Shown here: positions 15,562-34,327 of the stretch, one piece after another
How positions within the stretch are numbered: position 1 is the first letter of the stretch
How the letters are laid out: each line of letters begins with the position of its first letter
Source of the DNA: the human T2T-CHM13v2.0 reference genome, Homo sapiens
Strand: one strand, 5' to 3'
Assembly (NCBI RefSeq): GCF_009914755.1
Contig: NC_060926.1
Length of the DNA stretch: 64,000 bases
Notes under the pieces: model-generated
What the model saw: the letters and a program-made list of their open reading frames with translations, nothing else
Database searches by the model: none
Told to the model about the DNA's origin: nothing
Position numbers and translations under genes: made by a program

Positions 15562-17729
15562 GACACCTGGGCTTTAAATAACAAATGCTTAAAAGTCTGC
15601 AGGGACTCAAAACCCAATGGGAAAGAAGCAATACCCAAGCAATACCCTTCCAGCCCCAAAGCAGATGAGTTGAAGGAGGTGGTAAGACATGGAAGGTTTG
15701 AAGGGATCACAGGAGTTGGAGCCTGGGGGTTTCTTTAAGACTTGGGCTTATGGGTACAGGATGTGTTTGTAAAAATGAAAAACAAAAAACCCGAAACAGA
15801 AACAGAGTGATCCTATTAGGTTTATGGGAATTCCAGAACAAAAAAGGTTTTGCATGGCAACCAAGATGTAGCTAGGAGACTACAATCCGTCTGAGTAATA
15901 GAATAGGACAGCAACGGTTGGCAGTGGGGACCCTAAGATCAGCCTCCCAGGAACATAGGGACCCCCAAGAGCTGTGGACATCATCAGACAGGGGACAAAG
16001 CATGGCAGGCTAGGGGGCTGGACAGAGGCCAGGGCAGAGCCATGGGTATCGGCAGCTGGAATAGAGGCTGTCACTCCAGGCCAGAAGGGGATGGCCACGT
16101 GTCAAGTGAGGCCAGTGAGAACAAGGACAGCCGGGATGAGACTCTCTTCCCTGAGGGACAGGAGAAGTGACAAACCTGTCAGAAACTTAGACCACGCCCT
16201 CAGAGAAGGAAATAAGAGTTAAAGGAAGAATCCTCAAATTATTGACTTTTTGTTGTTGTTACCCAAAAAAGGCTGCGTTTTAGACTCATATGACTGAATT
16301 GCCTTGAATTAAGAAGCCTCATTATCCATTATCAAGAAAAAAAGAGATTGAGATGCACCACTTTTGGAAAGCTGAAAGTATAGGTCACATGCAGAGATCA
16401 AGTCCTACTGGGTCTTGTCCTGCTGGCAAAACCTTGCTGCTCACTGCTGCCTTTTAATGGGGTCACCTGTTGCTTCTGGGATAAATGGTATCTCTAGTGT
16501 GCCTAAGTATGTAGGGAGAGGTGTCTGGGCCTCTCTGACCATGGAGTCAGTAATGACAATTTGTTCTAGGTCACACCTGGGGCCCTCCGTGAGCCTGGTC
16601 TGGTACGGAAGAAATTCCCCCTACTGTTCTAGAACTCATCTGGTGTCAAGTGTGTCAGGTAGTGTTGGATGGGCACGAGATCTTCTGGGAGCCAGGGGAG
16701 AGAGAGACAGCTTGGTTATGGACAGAGCTCTAGAGCCACAGCTACACCCGTCTTGAATGGAGAGGTACCTGCCGGACACTCCAGGAAGCCTGAAATACAG
16801 GGATGCCTATGACCCACAGAAAGCCACACCAACCACGTGTCCCCTTCCCAGTCTACAGAGCAAATGTCAAGTAACTCGGATGGAGAGGGTAGATCAGGTT
16901 CTCACTCTCTCCCATCAAAATTTAGCTGCCTTATGTCCCAACTCCCTACGGTATTCCTACCTAAAAAAAGGAGGGGCAGCTAAGGCATTAATTGTTAGTA
17001 ATGGCTTAATGGAAAGTCTTTAGCAAATCCATTTGCATTTTAATAGAGGGCTTTTAGGCCTTGGAAGAGAAGTTAGTAATGGGGGATTTGGGGCTTTTAG
17101 AGAAATAAATTAGGGCACCCCTGACATTTACTGCAGGGTCCTTTTCCTTGCTGGTTCCTTAAAGCTACGCTGCCAAACACTTCCAGAAGTCTATTGTCGC
17201 CTGTGGCTTGACAGTCCTGGTAGAGGTTCCCTATTTTGACTGTGGCAGGCCCCTCCCAAGAGCAACTGAGCTCAGCACAGTTCTTTTCCCCTCCTTCCAT
17301 CATCCCTCCAGTGACGGGGCACTGAGACTGATGCAAAGGAGAAAGGCAAGGAGAGAAATGATTTGCATCTTAGACTGGTGCAAATTCACACTTTGTGGAA
17401 AATTAACAGGTTCCTCACAAGACACCCTCCCCAGCCACCGTGAAACCAGATGCTCCTTAGCCTCCCCAGGGTGAGTCGAATGCGATCACATGAATATTGA
17501 TATCCGAAACTCCCTAGGCCTAAGCATCCATTTGCCCAGTCAAGAATTTCAATTCTCACAGTTTTTCTCCTCTGCTCCACATATTCCTGGGAATCACCAG
17601 GATGTGTCTTACATGTGCCAACAGTGAGCCTGGGCTGCCTCTCACCCTGAGTCTGTGTTGCTGTGGAGGCACCACTCTGCAGCCTTCTTCCTCTCTGCAA
17701 GCAGGCTGCTACCCACACTGGCTTGGACC

Positions 17730-18257
17730 TCTGCCCCAGTCAAGGGGGGCAGAGCTATGACACTAGTCTCAGAGTTTCAACAATGCCTGTTGGAAAGGAA
17801 AACCCACCTATTTATTGTATCCTTTCTAACTCACTTAGGAAGGATGCACAACATCTTAAATATCACTGGAGATAAGAAGTCAACTCTGACATGAGTCTGC
17901 ACAAATAAACCTTATGGAAATAACCCTTATTGTCCATTCATTTCTCCCATATATTTCCTAGGTTTTTCCCCCTCAATTTGCCACCCCTAGAAGCCCAAAT
18001 GCCTTTTCTTTGTCTAGTCACTTCCCCACAATTTATTGCCCTTTGTTATGATGGTACCGTAAGCCCCCAAATCTCGCCACTTCCTTGAGGTTTTCACTTT
18101 TTTTTCTATGAAGGCCCCCTTCCTGTGCCACATACAAATATAAATGTCAAATAAAATTTAAATGATTTTCCATTATTAATCTGTCTTTTGTCAGCTTAAT
18201 TCATAGGTCTCAGTCACAACATTAAGAGGGCAGAGAAAAAGTTGTGTCCTCCCTCAC
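17730..18257 (+). mobile_element. Old ERV1-class LTR fragment (family not assigned)
   Basis: LTR-like 3' portion: aataaa...ttaatctgtcttttgtcagcttaatt...cctccctca; boundaries approximate. Confidence 0.45.
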
Positions 18258-18583
18258 TATTATCAAGCTCTACTAAAGAATATGGCCTACCCTGCAGGAT
18301 TCCTTCTTTCTAGGACCCACTGACTCTCTTTTAATCTGATCTTCCATTCAGACTTCCCTCCCAGGCATTGTGGAGTTTCATCTGCAAGCTACTCTCTACA
18401 CAGTATTTCTGAAAAGGATGGCTTCATTCTTACAAAGTGATGTCAGACTTCTAGAGTGAATTTATTTTGGAGGTGTTCGTCAAGACCAAATGCTGCCAGG
18501 GAGCCCCACTAGAGCTCAGACTCATGTCCTCACGCAGGCATTGGAATTGGATTTGTTGTCAATGGCGTTTTACAAAACTCTGA

Positions 18584-18880
18584 TTTTTTTTTGTTTTTGT
18601 TTTTGTTTTTTTGAGACAGAGTCTTGCTCTGTCACCCAGACTGGAGTGCAGTGGTGCGATCTTGGCTCACTGTAACCTCCAACTCCTGGGTTCAAGCGAT
18701 TTTCCTGCCTCAGCTGGGACTACAGCACACGCCACCATGCCTGGCTAATTTTTTGTATTTTTAGTAGAGACGGGGTTTCACCGTGTTAGCAAGGATGGTC
18801 TCGATCTCCTGACCTCGTGATCCACCCGGCTTGGCCTCCCAAAGTGCTGGGATTACAGGTGTGAGCCACCGCGCCTGGCC
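18584..18880 (-). mobile_element. Alu (Sc/Y-like)
   Basis: Antisense dimer with (tttttg)n tail and a small internal deletion. Confidence 0.9.
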
Positions 18881-20519
18881 CGCAAAGCTCTTTCTTAATA
18901 AAAGCTGAGACTGGTCTCAGAGAATACAACAGCAAGAAGAGAAAAATTCATCCCTGGTTCAAGGACCACACAGGCAGGGATCAAGGTGGAAAGAGATGGT
19001 TGTTGGAGAGAATGTCATAGAGACCCATGTTTAACTCATTCATGTCCTCAAGTTGAACAGTGCTTTGTTGTTGGGGGCCGAATGCCTCAGGTCTCCAGGA
19101 TGTGCAGTTCAGATGCCCAACACTTTCCAGACGGTAGATTAAAAGTCTCTGCTTAAATATTGAGGCTGGTGGTTCTGTTACTGAGAGCTGTACACTTAAG
19201 AGCCTCCAACACATGATTGTGGGTGTCCCACAATAAAACACTTGCTGCAATATTCAACCCCAGACTTGGCTTGAAGAGGAAGATCCCTTCTGATGGTGAG
19301 GAGGAGGATGCCGAACCATCCAAGGTCAAGGTGGAGACCCTGCATAAGCTGTGCTAGTCAATACAGGCAGGACTCCTTGCACCTCAGATAATTATCTGAT
19401 TGGGACTCCATAGGCCATAAGTTTAAAGAAGGTACTGCTCAAACCCAAGTGGATCATTTCTTGGGCAAAACTTAAAGACCCAATGAAGTGAAAACACCTA
19501 TCATTTTGCTCTGGTTATGGGAAAGAGGATATCTCCTGTTAGCATACGGCAATGGTATACCTAGCAATTCAGATACTAGTTTGTCTGGGAGCAGTCAGGA
19601 AACATGAACAGGAAGCAGAAGAGTCACCCCATTCCCTTGAATAAATGGGCTCCGATGACCCTGGCGGATGGAGTTCTAAATGAAAAAAACGGAACAATCA
19701 GACTGGGTGCCAGATGTCAGCAGTGAGACAGATGGTGAGGCCAGGTAAAGTCAAATGCAGCACCCAACAACCTCTCTCATTCCTAATAAAAAGATAGTAA
19801 GGGCTCCTTTGACTCTCAGCTTATAAAGATTAGCCTACATCTGGCAGGCTCTCCAGAGGTGAGATTCTGGGACTCTGAGTCTGGAAAAAACATTACTGGA
19901 AACTAGGATCAGGGAAGAAGCTGTCCCCTCTCGTCATCCTCAGCCTTCATTCATGCTGCCACTGTAGAGCAGTCATATAGACTCTGAGCATGACATCCTC
20001 AGTGTTAGACAGAGCTTGTCTGGGGTCACAGCATGGTGAGAAAATGAGCCAGAACTGGATAGAGAGGCGCTGGAGAGGACAGAGGGAGAGATGTTGGTTA
20101 ACACTCAGTAAGGAGGCTGCCCAATCCATACTTGAGCATGCGAAGCCTGGCATCACCTCATCTATAGAAATATGACCCTGGGGACAGAGTTCTGAGACAC
20201 AGCAGAGCAAAAAACCATGTCGTGTTTACCTCCAAGAAGAAAAGTTTAAGTGAAGTTGGTAGAGACTTTTGCAGGTACTGTGAAGAATACACTAGGGAGA
20301 AAGAGAAATAAACATTCTCTGCACTCTCTTGGAGGCTTTATTCTTCCAGATGCTTAGATTGCAAGTAATAATAACCCAGACTACATTAACAGGAAAAAGA
20401 ATAATGTATTAGCTCATAGAACTGAAAGCACAGGAATAAGTGCCTGTTTCAGGCAAAATTAGATCCAAGGCCTCCAACAATGTTTTCTGGAAATTGTTGC
20501 TCTGATTCTGCTTTCCTCT

Positions 20520-21300
20520 TGATGTGATTTGGATGTGTGTCACTGCCCAAATCTCATTTTGAATTATAATCTCCAATGTTAGCAGTAGGGCCTGGTGGGA
20601 AGTGATTTAAATCATGGGGGCAAATTTCTCATGAATTGTTCGGCACAGTCCCCTTGGTGCTGTCCTCAAAATAGTGAGCAAGTTCTCGAGAGATCTGGCC
20701 ATTTAAAAGTGTATGAAACCGAGACAGCCAAGTGTAAAGGGGTCCCCAGAGAAACTCCAAATGGCCTGCGCACTGGGAGGGGTGCACACTGGGGTGGAGC
20801 CTCGGGAAGTTGGTGCTGTTTGCAGCCGGAAGGAGCCTGGCCCCTCCTCTTCCTGGGATTCAGACTGAACGTGGGATTCAGTCTGCGAGGCGGGAAGCAC
20901 ACTAGCAGGGTTCTGGCTTTGTAGAAGGTCCCTGTTAGGGTTTTTTTCCCTTTTGCCCAATAATTTCCATTTATTCTCACCCTTCAAAGTGTCTGCAAGC
21001 CTGATCTCTCATGGCCATGTGACAAGAACCCAGCTCTTAGCTGAACTAAGGGAAAAGTCCTACAACAAAACCTCCCTCCCCACTCTCTATCTCTCTTCCT
21101 CCTGCTCCAACTATGAGAGAAGCCTGCTCTCCTTTCACCTTCCCCCATGATTGGAAGCCTCCTGAGATCTCCCCAGAAGCTGATGCTGGTGCTGTGCTTA
21201 ATGTGCAGCCTGAAGAACCATGAGCCAATTAAACCTCTTTTCTTATACATTATCCAGTCTTAGGTATTTATTTATAGCAATGTGAGAATGAACTAATATA
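20520..21300 (-). mobile_element. MST-type MaLR LTR interrupted by a MER61-like LTR
   Basis: tgatgtgatttggatgtgtgtc...aaatctcattttgaatt start and tatagcaatgtgagaatgaactaatata end are typical of MST/THE1 LTRs. Confidence 0.75.
20720..21067 (+). mobile_element. MER61-like ERV1 solo LTR
   Basis: (c)gagacagccaagtgtaaaggggtcccc...agctgaactaagggaaaagtcctacaaca with 4-bp TSD aaac (20716-20719, 21068-21071); family from recall. Confidence 0.75.
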
Positions 21301-24300
21301 CTTCTCTATTAAGCTTCATTTTCAGGCAGGCTCCCTCACCCCTTCTGGAGAACATCAGCTACTCTAGGCTTACAGTCTACAGTTTAACAATTCCAGGGAA
21401 AAAAACAAGACCCTTTTTCAATATTTCCAGCAAAAGTCCAGGCATTGATACCAATTGGTACAGCTTGGTCCTGTGCCCATCACTGGTTGGGCCAATTACT
21501 GTGCCTAGAAGGACATGTGGTCTGATACATTAAGCTCACATCATGACCTCGCCTCTGACACCTGTAGGAGGGATGAGAGCTCCTCTTTATAGGACTGAAT
21601 TGAGAGTGGGAGGGCTTAGCTCTCCAGAAGAAAACAGGTGCGCTGTTACTCAAAGAAGGAGTGTTGGGAAGGTGAAACAAGTGTTCACTCACCCAGTGGC
21701 CTAGGAAGCCACTTCTGCCATAAAATTGCAATACGGGTAAATGCTGGCGCTCTGAACACAGGCAGGGGTGGGCTTGAGTCCTTATGACTTATTAGTATGA
21801 GGTCAGTGAATGATTTCACTCCTCTAGGCCTCAGGTTTCTCACTGTAAAGTGAGAATACTGCCTTCTTTGTGGGTATACTGGGAGAGTGAAATGAAACAA
21901 TATTAAATATTCATTCAAAGCTAAAACTAATAGTACCTTTTCCCAACCTCCCCTAGCAGCTTCAGCTTAGATTAAACTGAAAGTAGATTTTGTCTGCTTT
22001 CTTCATAACTATTTCCCTATTCTTTATAGAAAGTAGGCACCCTTGTATACAGTTGCCATAGTGTCAACATTTGTTGAATAAATGAATGAATGATGACAAA
22101 ATTAATAAATTTCTGGAGAATTCCTACTTTTCAAATATCAGCTCCCAAGCCCTAGCAAACAGAATGAATTATCCCCTCCTGTGTGTCTGCTGGTATTTTT
22201 AATTAACTCCTCTTCCAGCTCTTATCAGCCAGAATGTGAACCAGGACTGTGTGTGACTCAACTCAAGCTCCTACTGCCTAGCACCCAGCCTAGTTTATGT
22301 TGCTGAATAAAAAAGATCAGCTAGTCCAAACGCCTCACTTTGCAGATGTTCTAATAGAGCCCCAGAGAGGTTAATTTGCCAAAAGCCCCACAGCTTACCG
22401 AGTGATCCATGACTTCTAGTCTATTCTTTTTTCTACTTCATACTCAGGACTCTGTTTTTTTCATGCTGCCATGAGCAATGCACACTGCCAGGAATAAAGC
22501 GAAGTTCTTGGTCCTCTAGAAAGGAAGGGGCATCTTCAGTATGAAAAGTCATCATCCTTAAAGAGTGGCATCAAGTACCAAATGCAAGTGTAAGGGTCAT
22601 TCACTTGCTTCATACCACATATAAACACATTTTTAGTTTCAACATTTTTGTTTTTATTTTTGTTTTTGCAACCTTTGCTTCTTTCCAATAACTCAGGCAA
22701 GGCTCAGCCATTCCTATCCATCCTCCCCACACTTGCATACCCAATTCCCAACTATGGTTGGAGGAGGCCAACAGGCCTTATTCGGGCTGGAGACTGAATG
22801 CTACACCCACAGCAGTGGGTTGTGAACCTCCTCACGCTATGCCATCCCTTTTCTGTCTGAAGGAAGAGGTCCCAGCAGGTACTAAGCTAGCATCTCCCCT
22901 TCCCTGACTGCTCCTAAACCCAGTTTCCCAAAATCCACGTACCCTGCCCAGTTAAATTCTATTCAAACAGGATCCACCAGAAACACATTCAAGATTATTT
23001 ATGGTATTTTCCTTATTGGAGACTATGAAAAGACATTTCTCTTATTCATTTACTAATTCGACAAACATTTTAGCAGATACCTGTACTATGTGCCAGGCAC
23101 TGAGCGTACGAGAACAAATAAATGAATCATGAAGAATGTATGCAGGGCTAAGGCAACTATGTAATCCCTTAATAGTTTTTGTATCAGAATCCCCAAAGCA
23201 GAACTTTCTCATTCACCAACCTCTCCCCCCACCCCTCCCCCGCCAAACACCAATATTTAACTCAAAGAGCATGTCGTTAATAGCTTTTTAATTAAGAGGA
23301 AAGGTTCTTTCAAGGTAAGCTGAATCTTTTGGCTGCAAAAAGGTGTTCTTCTTATAAAAATAAAGAAAACAGCAGGTAGGTCTCTCATATTGATAGAAAG
23401 AAGGTTGATGGTGATGTATTCACTGCTTCCTTAATACCAGGAGGAAGGGCTGAATCTAAACTCAAAGTACGTGGAATGTTTTGATGTGAGAAGAGAGCAA
23501 AACATGTAAGACTCCATCAAAAATCCCATTTGGAGGAGCTCAGAGGAGCAAGACATTTCTCCAAGACTCAGGTGCACAGCTAACACATCTGAATGAATTA
23601 ACTCGGCTATGCATATTTTTCTTCCTCTCTTATTCCTAATGAATTCATTCATTTTGAAAATTTAATGACCCTAACTTAGTAGTGTTAAGCCAGGCTTCTA
23701 GAATGTTCCCTAGTATTCCAAAGCTCCTTCCTTGCTAATTGTAAAAAAGTTTCCTTTTCAATTTATAAAAAGAGACATCTTGGCTTCTCATTTGTGCAAA
23801 TATGTAATTTTCGAGTGAGGAAACTGAGACCCAGAGTGATTTGCTTAAGAGTACACAGCTAATTAGCTCTAGATCCAAGACCTAAGCCTCTTAACTACAA
23901 ATTGAGAATTACACTTAAAGAAGTCCATTCCATAACTGTATTCCTTGAAATTTACATAATAGCCTACCAATTATTAAGGGTCTATTATGTACTAGGTACT
24001 TTACATATTTTTTTCTTTTAAGCCTCAAGTAAAACCTCCAAGATAGGGGTAATTAATGGATGCTGTTGAAGTGTTTAAATAATACCATTATATAGCACTT
24101 AGGGTGTACTGAATACTTCCTACATATTATCTCCAATTTTCACAAAAACCCTGCAAAGTATCATCAACCTTGTTTTATAGATACGAGACCTGGGTCTCGG
24201 AGGGATAAAGCAACTTGCGAAGCTCACGCAGCTCGGACATGAGTAGGGCTGCATCCAGATCTCAAAGCCTGTGTGCTACCCCTGAAATGCTGCCCATGTA

Positions 24301-25057
24301 GGCAGCCATAGACCTATCTCAGCCCAAATAAATAGCATCAAAGACTCTTTCTCTCAGCGGGCCTATTGTACACCATAGAAACACTCCCCAGCATGAGGTA
24401 GCTAACTAGAGTGATGGTGCAACTGATAAGGTAGGTGACACTTCCAGGCAGGGCCGAGCTCTCAGCATAGTAGTGCCATGTAAGGGGACCTTGCATTATG
24501 TTTCTATCTGGGCCTTGGCTTGTCAGAGTCTGGAATTTCACGCTAACATTTCATTTAGGGGTGGCCGGTATCCTTAAATTTTGTTTAATTTTAGCTGTAT
24601 CACAAAACAACAATTATATAATGATTATAACGATGATGATGCTGATAACTACCATTTATTGAGTCCTATGTCATATGATGTGCTTTATGTACTTTGTCTC
24701 TAATTACTATGGAGATTGACTTACCTACCTAAAATGAAGCCCATTTCTCTTTCAGGACACATCCCCCTGTTGAATTGTGGTGTTTAAGAGATTTTTTTTC
24801 AGAACTGTTGCAGACAGAGGTGAGTTCCTATCTCCTTCTGCAATTACCTGCTGAATATCCTTGAGTGAGAGGTCATTGCCATAAAAATAACTTGCCAAAA
24901 GTTAATTTTCCTTATGCATAAGTCGTTGTTTTAGTCTGTTCAAGCTGCTATAACAAAATGCCATAAGCAGAAATTAGTTACTCATGGTCCTAGAGGCTGG
25001 AAGTGCAAAGTCAAGACATTGGCAGATTTGGAGTCTGGTGAGGGTCTGCTTCCTGGA

Positions 25058-25220
25058 TCATAGATGGCTGTCTTTCTGTGTTTTCACATGGTAAAAGGGG
25101 TGAGGAATCTTTCTGGGGTCTCTTTTCTAAGAGGCCACTCATAGATGGCTGTCTTTCTGTGTTTTCACATGGTAAAAGGGGTGAGGAATCTTTCTGGGGT
25201 CTCTTTTCTAAGAGGCCACT
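25058..25220. repeat. Perfect 81-bp tandem duplication inside an MLT1 LTR fragment
   Basis: tcatagatggctgtctttctgtg...ctaagaggccac at 25058-25138 and 25139-25219; host MaLR fragment starts ~24925 (ttagtctgttcaagctgctataacaaaatgcc). Confidence 0.95.
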
Positions 25221-25842
25221 TGCTCTTTTAAATAAGGGTTCCACATTGTTGCCAAGTGTACAAAAATAGCAGAAAAGCTAAAATCAAAATGTTGGACTAA
25301 GATTAGATGCAGGAAAAGATGTAGACAGGACGTAAAAAAAACAAGTATGTAGAGTCATGAATGGCTCAAAGTCAGACACAACAGCATCACAAATAACAGT
25401 CTAAACACTGGTCATCTCTGAGATGTCTTCCACAGATTAATCTCACCCATTGCATACAGATGCTTCCATTTTATCTTAACATTTCGAGGTGATTCATTTT
25501 ATTTTGAGGACCTACGTGCCATTCATTTTCTTCCACAGCTGCACCAACATACACACACATGCTCAAACATTAGTCTCAACCAAAAATTATATACACAAAC
25601 AGACTGAAGCTGGGGATGCAGTCAGTCAGCCAGAAGTTGTTTGGTAAATTATCTATTCATTTGGAAGAAAAACAAAGTTAGATCCCTATCTCAAGCTACT
25701 GAATGAACAAAATTAAAACTCCAAAATGTAAACATTAAAAAAAACTATAAACATACCAGAGATGATACTTCAAGTTAGAGCAGCCTAAAAAGGTGGACAA
25801 ATCCTCTCCCCGCCAAAACAAATATAAAAGTATAAAGTTGTT

Positions 25843-25946
25843 TTGCTCACTTCAGCAGCACGTGAACTAAAATTGGAATGATACAGAGAAGATTAGCATG
25901 GCCCCTGCACAAGGATGACACACAAATTCATGAAGCATTTCATTTT
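25843..25946 (+). pseudogene. U6 snRNA retropseudogene, full length
   Basis: tgctcacttcagcagcac...actaaaattggaatgatacagagaagattagcatggcccctgcacaaggatgacacacaaattcatgaagc; short A tail; 15-bp TSD aagtataaa(g/a)ttgtt at 25828-25842 and 25953-25967. Confidence 0.93.
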
Positions 25947-26147
25947 AAAAATAAGTATAAAATTGTTTAAACAAGCGTTTTAGGACTGGAAATCAACCAA
26001 AAGCAAATAATAAACTAAAAAGGGTCTATTCATGAAATCTACCCAAATGTCATATAAGAACAGCAAGAGTCTGAACTTACTGATTATTTCCTTCTATCAT
26101 CTCACATCTATAGACATAGATAGATGAGTAGAAATTATCCTTTCTGC

Positions 26148-26456
<309 letters not shown>

Positions 26457-26838
26457 TTATCCTTTCTGAAGAACACAGAGAAAAAAGGCTGGAGAAAAAT
26501 GATCAGAGCCTCAGAGACCTCTGGGACAACATCAAGCACACAAACATACATATAATAGGAGTCCTGAAGGGGAGGAGAGCAGAAAAAAGGTTAAAAAAAT
26601 TTTTTTTGAAGAAATAATGCCCTGAAAACCTCCCAACTATGCTGAAAAACATTAATCAGCAGGTTCAAGAAGCCCCACAAACCTAGGTAAGAAAAACACA
26701 AAGAGATTTGCACATCATAGTTAAATTGCTAAAAGCCAAAGCAATTTAAAAATCTTGAATGCAGTAAGAGAAAAATAACTCCCATGTACAGAAGAACAAC
26801 AACATATTTAACAGCTGAGTTTCCATCAGAATCAATAG

Positions 26839-29205
<2,367 letters not shown>

Positions 29206-29246
29206 AAAGAAGCTAAAATAAATTCATTCAAAGATATACAAAAACA

Positions 29247-29520
29247 GGCCGGGCACAGCAGCTCACGCCTGTTATCCCAGCATTTCGGGAGGTCGAGGCG
29301 GATGGGTCACTTGAGCTCAGAGTTTGGGATCAGCCTCGCCAACATCTCTACAAAAAATACAAAAATTAGCTGGGCGTGGTGGCAGTCACCTATAGTCCCA
29401 GCTACTCTGCAGGCTGAGGCACAAGAATCACTTCAACTCCGGAGGTGGAGGTTGCAGTGAGCCAAGATCGTGCCACTGCACTCCAGCCTGGGTGACAGAG
29501 CGAGATTCTGCTCAAAAGAA
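29247..29520 (+). mobile_element. Alu
   Basis: Dimer with small central deletion; TSD aaagat(at/ga)acaaaaaca. Confidence 0.88.
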
Positions 29521-30287
29521 AGATGAACAAAAACAGAATCTGTAGCTAGCAGAACTGTCCCATGAGAAATACTAAAGGAAGACTTTCAGGTTGAAAGAAA
29601 ATGGTACCAGGAAATGAATCCGCAGAAAGAAATGAAGAGCAATGGAAATGATAAATATGTGGGTTAGCATAAAAGGCTGTATGAACAGGTTTTTTTCTCT
29701 TTTTTTATATGAGTTTGTTTTAAATGTTCTGTTTAAATATATATTTATAGATTATGTAAGTTCATATGATATATAAATATATATACATTTGTTAATATAA
29801 GATAGTTTAAAATGTTTGTTTAAATATTATATGACTGCATAAGGCAATCACTCTATCACTGTTCTGTCGGATTTATGGCATATATAGGTATAATAAATAT
29901 AGCATTAATGGCTCAAAGAATGGGGAAATGGAGCTATATTAGAACAAAGTTGTTATATTTTTCAAAATTCCCAGCATTAAGCTAAAGTAGATTGTGATAT
30001 GATATGTATTATAATCCCTAGAGTAACCACAAAGAAAATTAAATTTCAAAATAGTTAATAAAATAACCTAGGACTTAAAATGTCTCACACTTAAAAAAAA
30101 AAAAGGATGTGTTTAACACAAGAGAAGGCAGCAAAATAGGATGGGGGAAAAAGACATGGGACATACAAAAACAAATAGTAAAATGGCAGATGCAAATCCA
30201 AAGATATCAACAATTAAATGTAATGGATTAAACACTGCAATCAAAAGGCAGTCATTATCAACATGTACGAAAAAGCACGGTCCAATA

Positions 30288-31760
<1,473 letters not shown>

Positions 31761-31834
31761 CATAAGCTGCCTTCAAGAAAAGCACTTTTAATTCAGACAA
31801 AAGTAGTTACAAAGTAAAAGAATGGGGAAAATAT

Positions 31835-32136
31835 AGCTGGCTCATGCCTGTAATCCCAGCACTTTGGGAGGACCAGGTGGGCGAATCGTTTGAAGTCAGG
31901 AGTTCGAGACCAGCCTGGCCAACATGGTGAAACCCCATCTCTACTAAAAATACAAAAATTAGCTGGGCCTGGTGGTGCACACTTGTAATCTCAGCTACTC
32001 AAGATGCAGGAGGCTGAGGCAAGAGAATCGCTTGAACGTGGGAGGCGGAGGTTGCAGTGAGCTGAGATTGCACCAGTGCACTCCAGCCTGGGTGACAGAG
32101 AGAGACTCTGTCTCAAAAAAAAAAAAAAAAAAAAAA
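31835..32136 (+). mobile_element. AluS
   Basis: Dimer with long A tail; TSD-like aaaagaatgg(g/a)gaaaatata. Confidence 0.9.
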
Positions 32137-32736
32137 GAATGGAGAAAATATATGTAAATCATACAAAATGTTACCATAAGGGAGTTGAAGTACTTATGTT
32201 AATATCAGAAAAAAAATAGAATTTAAATCAAGAAATATTGGTAGGGATAAATAGCAACAATATTTCATAATGATAAAAGTATCAAAACATCAGAAACATA
32301 AAACAATTATAAAGACATAGGCATTGAATAACACATACATGCAGCAAACACTGACAGAATGGAAAGGAGAAATGGACAATTTAGTAATTGTAATTAGAAA
32401 TTTTAAGTCCCTTCTCTAAGTAACTGATAGAATGGCTAGGCATAAAATGAATAAGGATATATAAATCTTGCACAACTGTCAACCAACTTTACCCAGCTAA
32501 CATATAGAATGCTCCCACCCAACAGCAGGGTATACAGTCCTTTCACATCCACATGGAACATTTTCCAGGATAGAGCCTTTGCTGGATCACAAAACTAGTC
32601 TCAATAAACTTAAAAGGATTGAAGTCATCTGAAGTATGTCCTCCAACTCTGATGGAACTAAATTGAAAATTAACGACAGAAAGAAATTTGGTAAACCCTC
32701 AAACATTTGAAAAACATACTTCTAAATAACCACAGA

Positions 32737-33228
<492 letters not shown>

Positions 33229-33921
33229 TAATAACCATGGGTCAAAGAAAAAAAATCATAAGGTTAATTAGAAAACATTTCAAACTGAATGAAAACAAAA
33301 CCACTGAAATCTCTGAGGGTAGCTAATGCAAGGCCTAAAAGAAAGTTTATAGCTTTAAATGCTTAAATTAGAAGGAAGAAAGATCTATAATCCATAATCT
33401 AATCTTTCACTTCAAAAGGTAGAAAAAGAAGGGCAAATTAAACCCAAAGTAAATTGAAGGAAACAATAGCAATCAAAATACAAATCAATAAAATAAAAAC
33501 AGTAAGGAAGAAAGTCAAAAGCTGATTATTTGAAAAGAGAAATACAGTTGATAAAATTTTCTCTAGACTGACAAAGAAAAAAAGAAATAAGACATAAATT
33601 ATGAAAATCAGGAATGAAAAGGGAATGTAGCTACTGACCCTACAGAAAGAATTTTAAGAGAATCCTATGAACAGCTTTATGCCAGCAAATTACACAACAT
33701 AGATGAAATGTATAAATTCCTAGAAAGACAAAAATTACCAAAACTGACTCAATCAGAAATTTAAAATCTGAGGAGACTGATAACAAATAAGAAATTGAAT
33801 TAGTAACTTAAAATCTTCCCACAAAAAAAAACTCTAGGCCCAGATGACTTTACTGGTCAATTGTATCCAATATTTAAGGAAGCAATCTTGCCAATCCTAT
33901 ACAAACTCTTCAGAAAATCTG

Positions 33922-34327
33922 TGTATTTGTTTATGAGGGCTGCCATAACAAAGTACTGCACTATGTGGCTTAAACTATGGAAATTTATTGTCTCACAGTT
34001 CTAGAGGCTACAAGTCCAAGACCAAGGTGTTGGTAGGTTGGTTCCTTCCAAGGACTGTGAGGGAAGGGTCTGTTCCAGGCCTCTTTCATTGGCTTGCAGA
34101 GTCATCTTCCGCCTGTCTTCACATTCTCTCCCCTCTGTCTGTGTCCAAATTTCCCCTTCTTACAAGGACACCAGTCGTATTGGATTGGGACCCACCTTAA
34201 AGACCTCATTTTAACTTGATTACCTCTATAGAAACCTTATCTCCAAATAAGAGCACATTCTGAGGCACTGGCACTTAGCATTTTAACGTATACATTTGGG
34301 AAGGAGGGCACAGTTCAACCGATACCA
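33922..34327 (-). mobile_element. MLT1-family MaLR LTR
   Basis: tgtatttgttt...gggctgccataacaaagtac...ttgtctcacagttctagaggctacaagtccaag. Confidence 0.8.

Noticed and set aside
18950-20300. Possible coding remnants
   Set aside because: No recognisable protein; may be a very old ERVL/MaLR internal fragment, but I cannot support a call
25843-25946. Functional U6 gene
   Set aside because: TSD and A tail, all CpGs mutated, and no PSE recognised upstream
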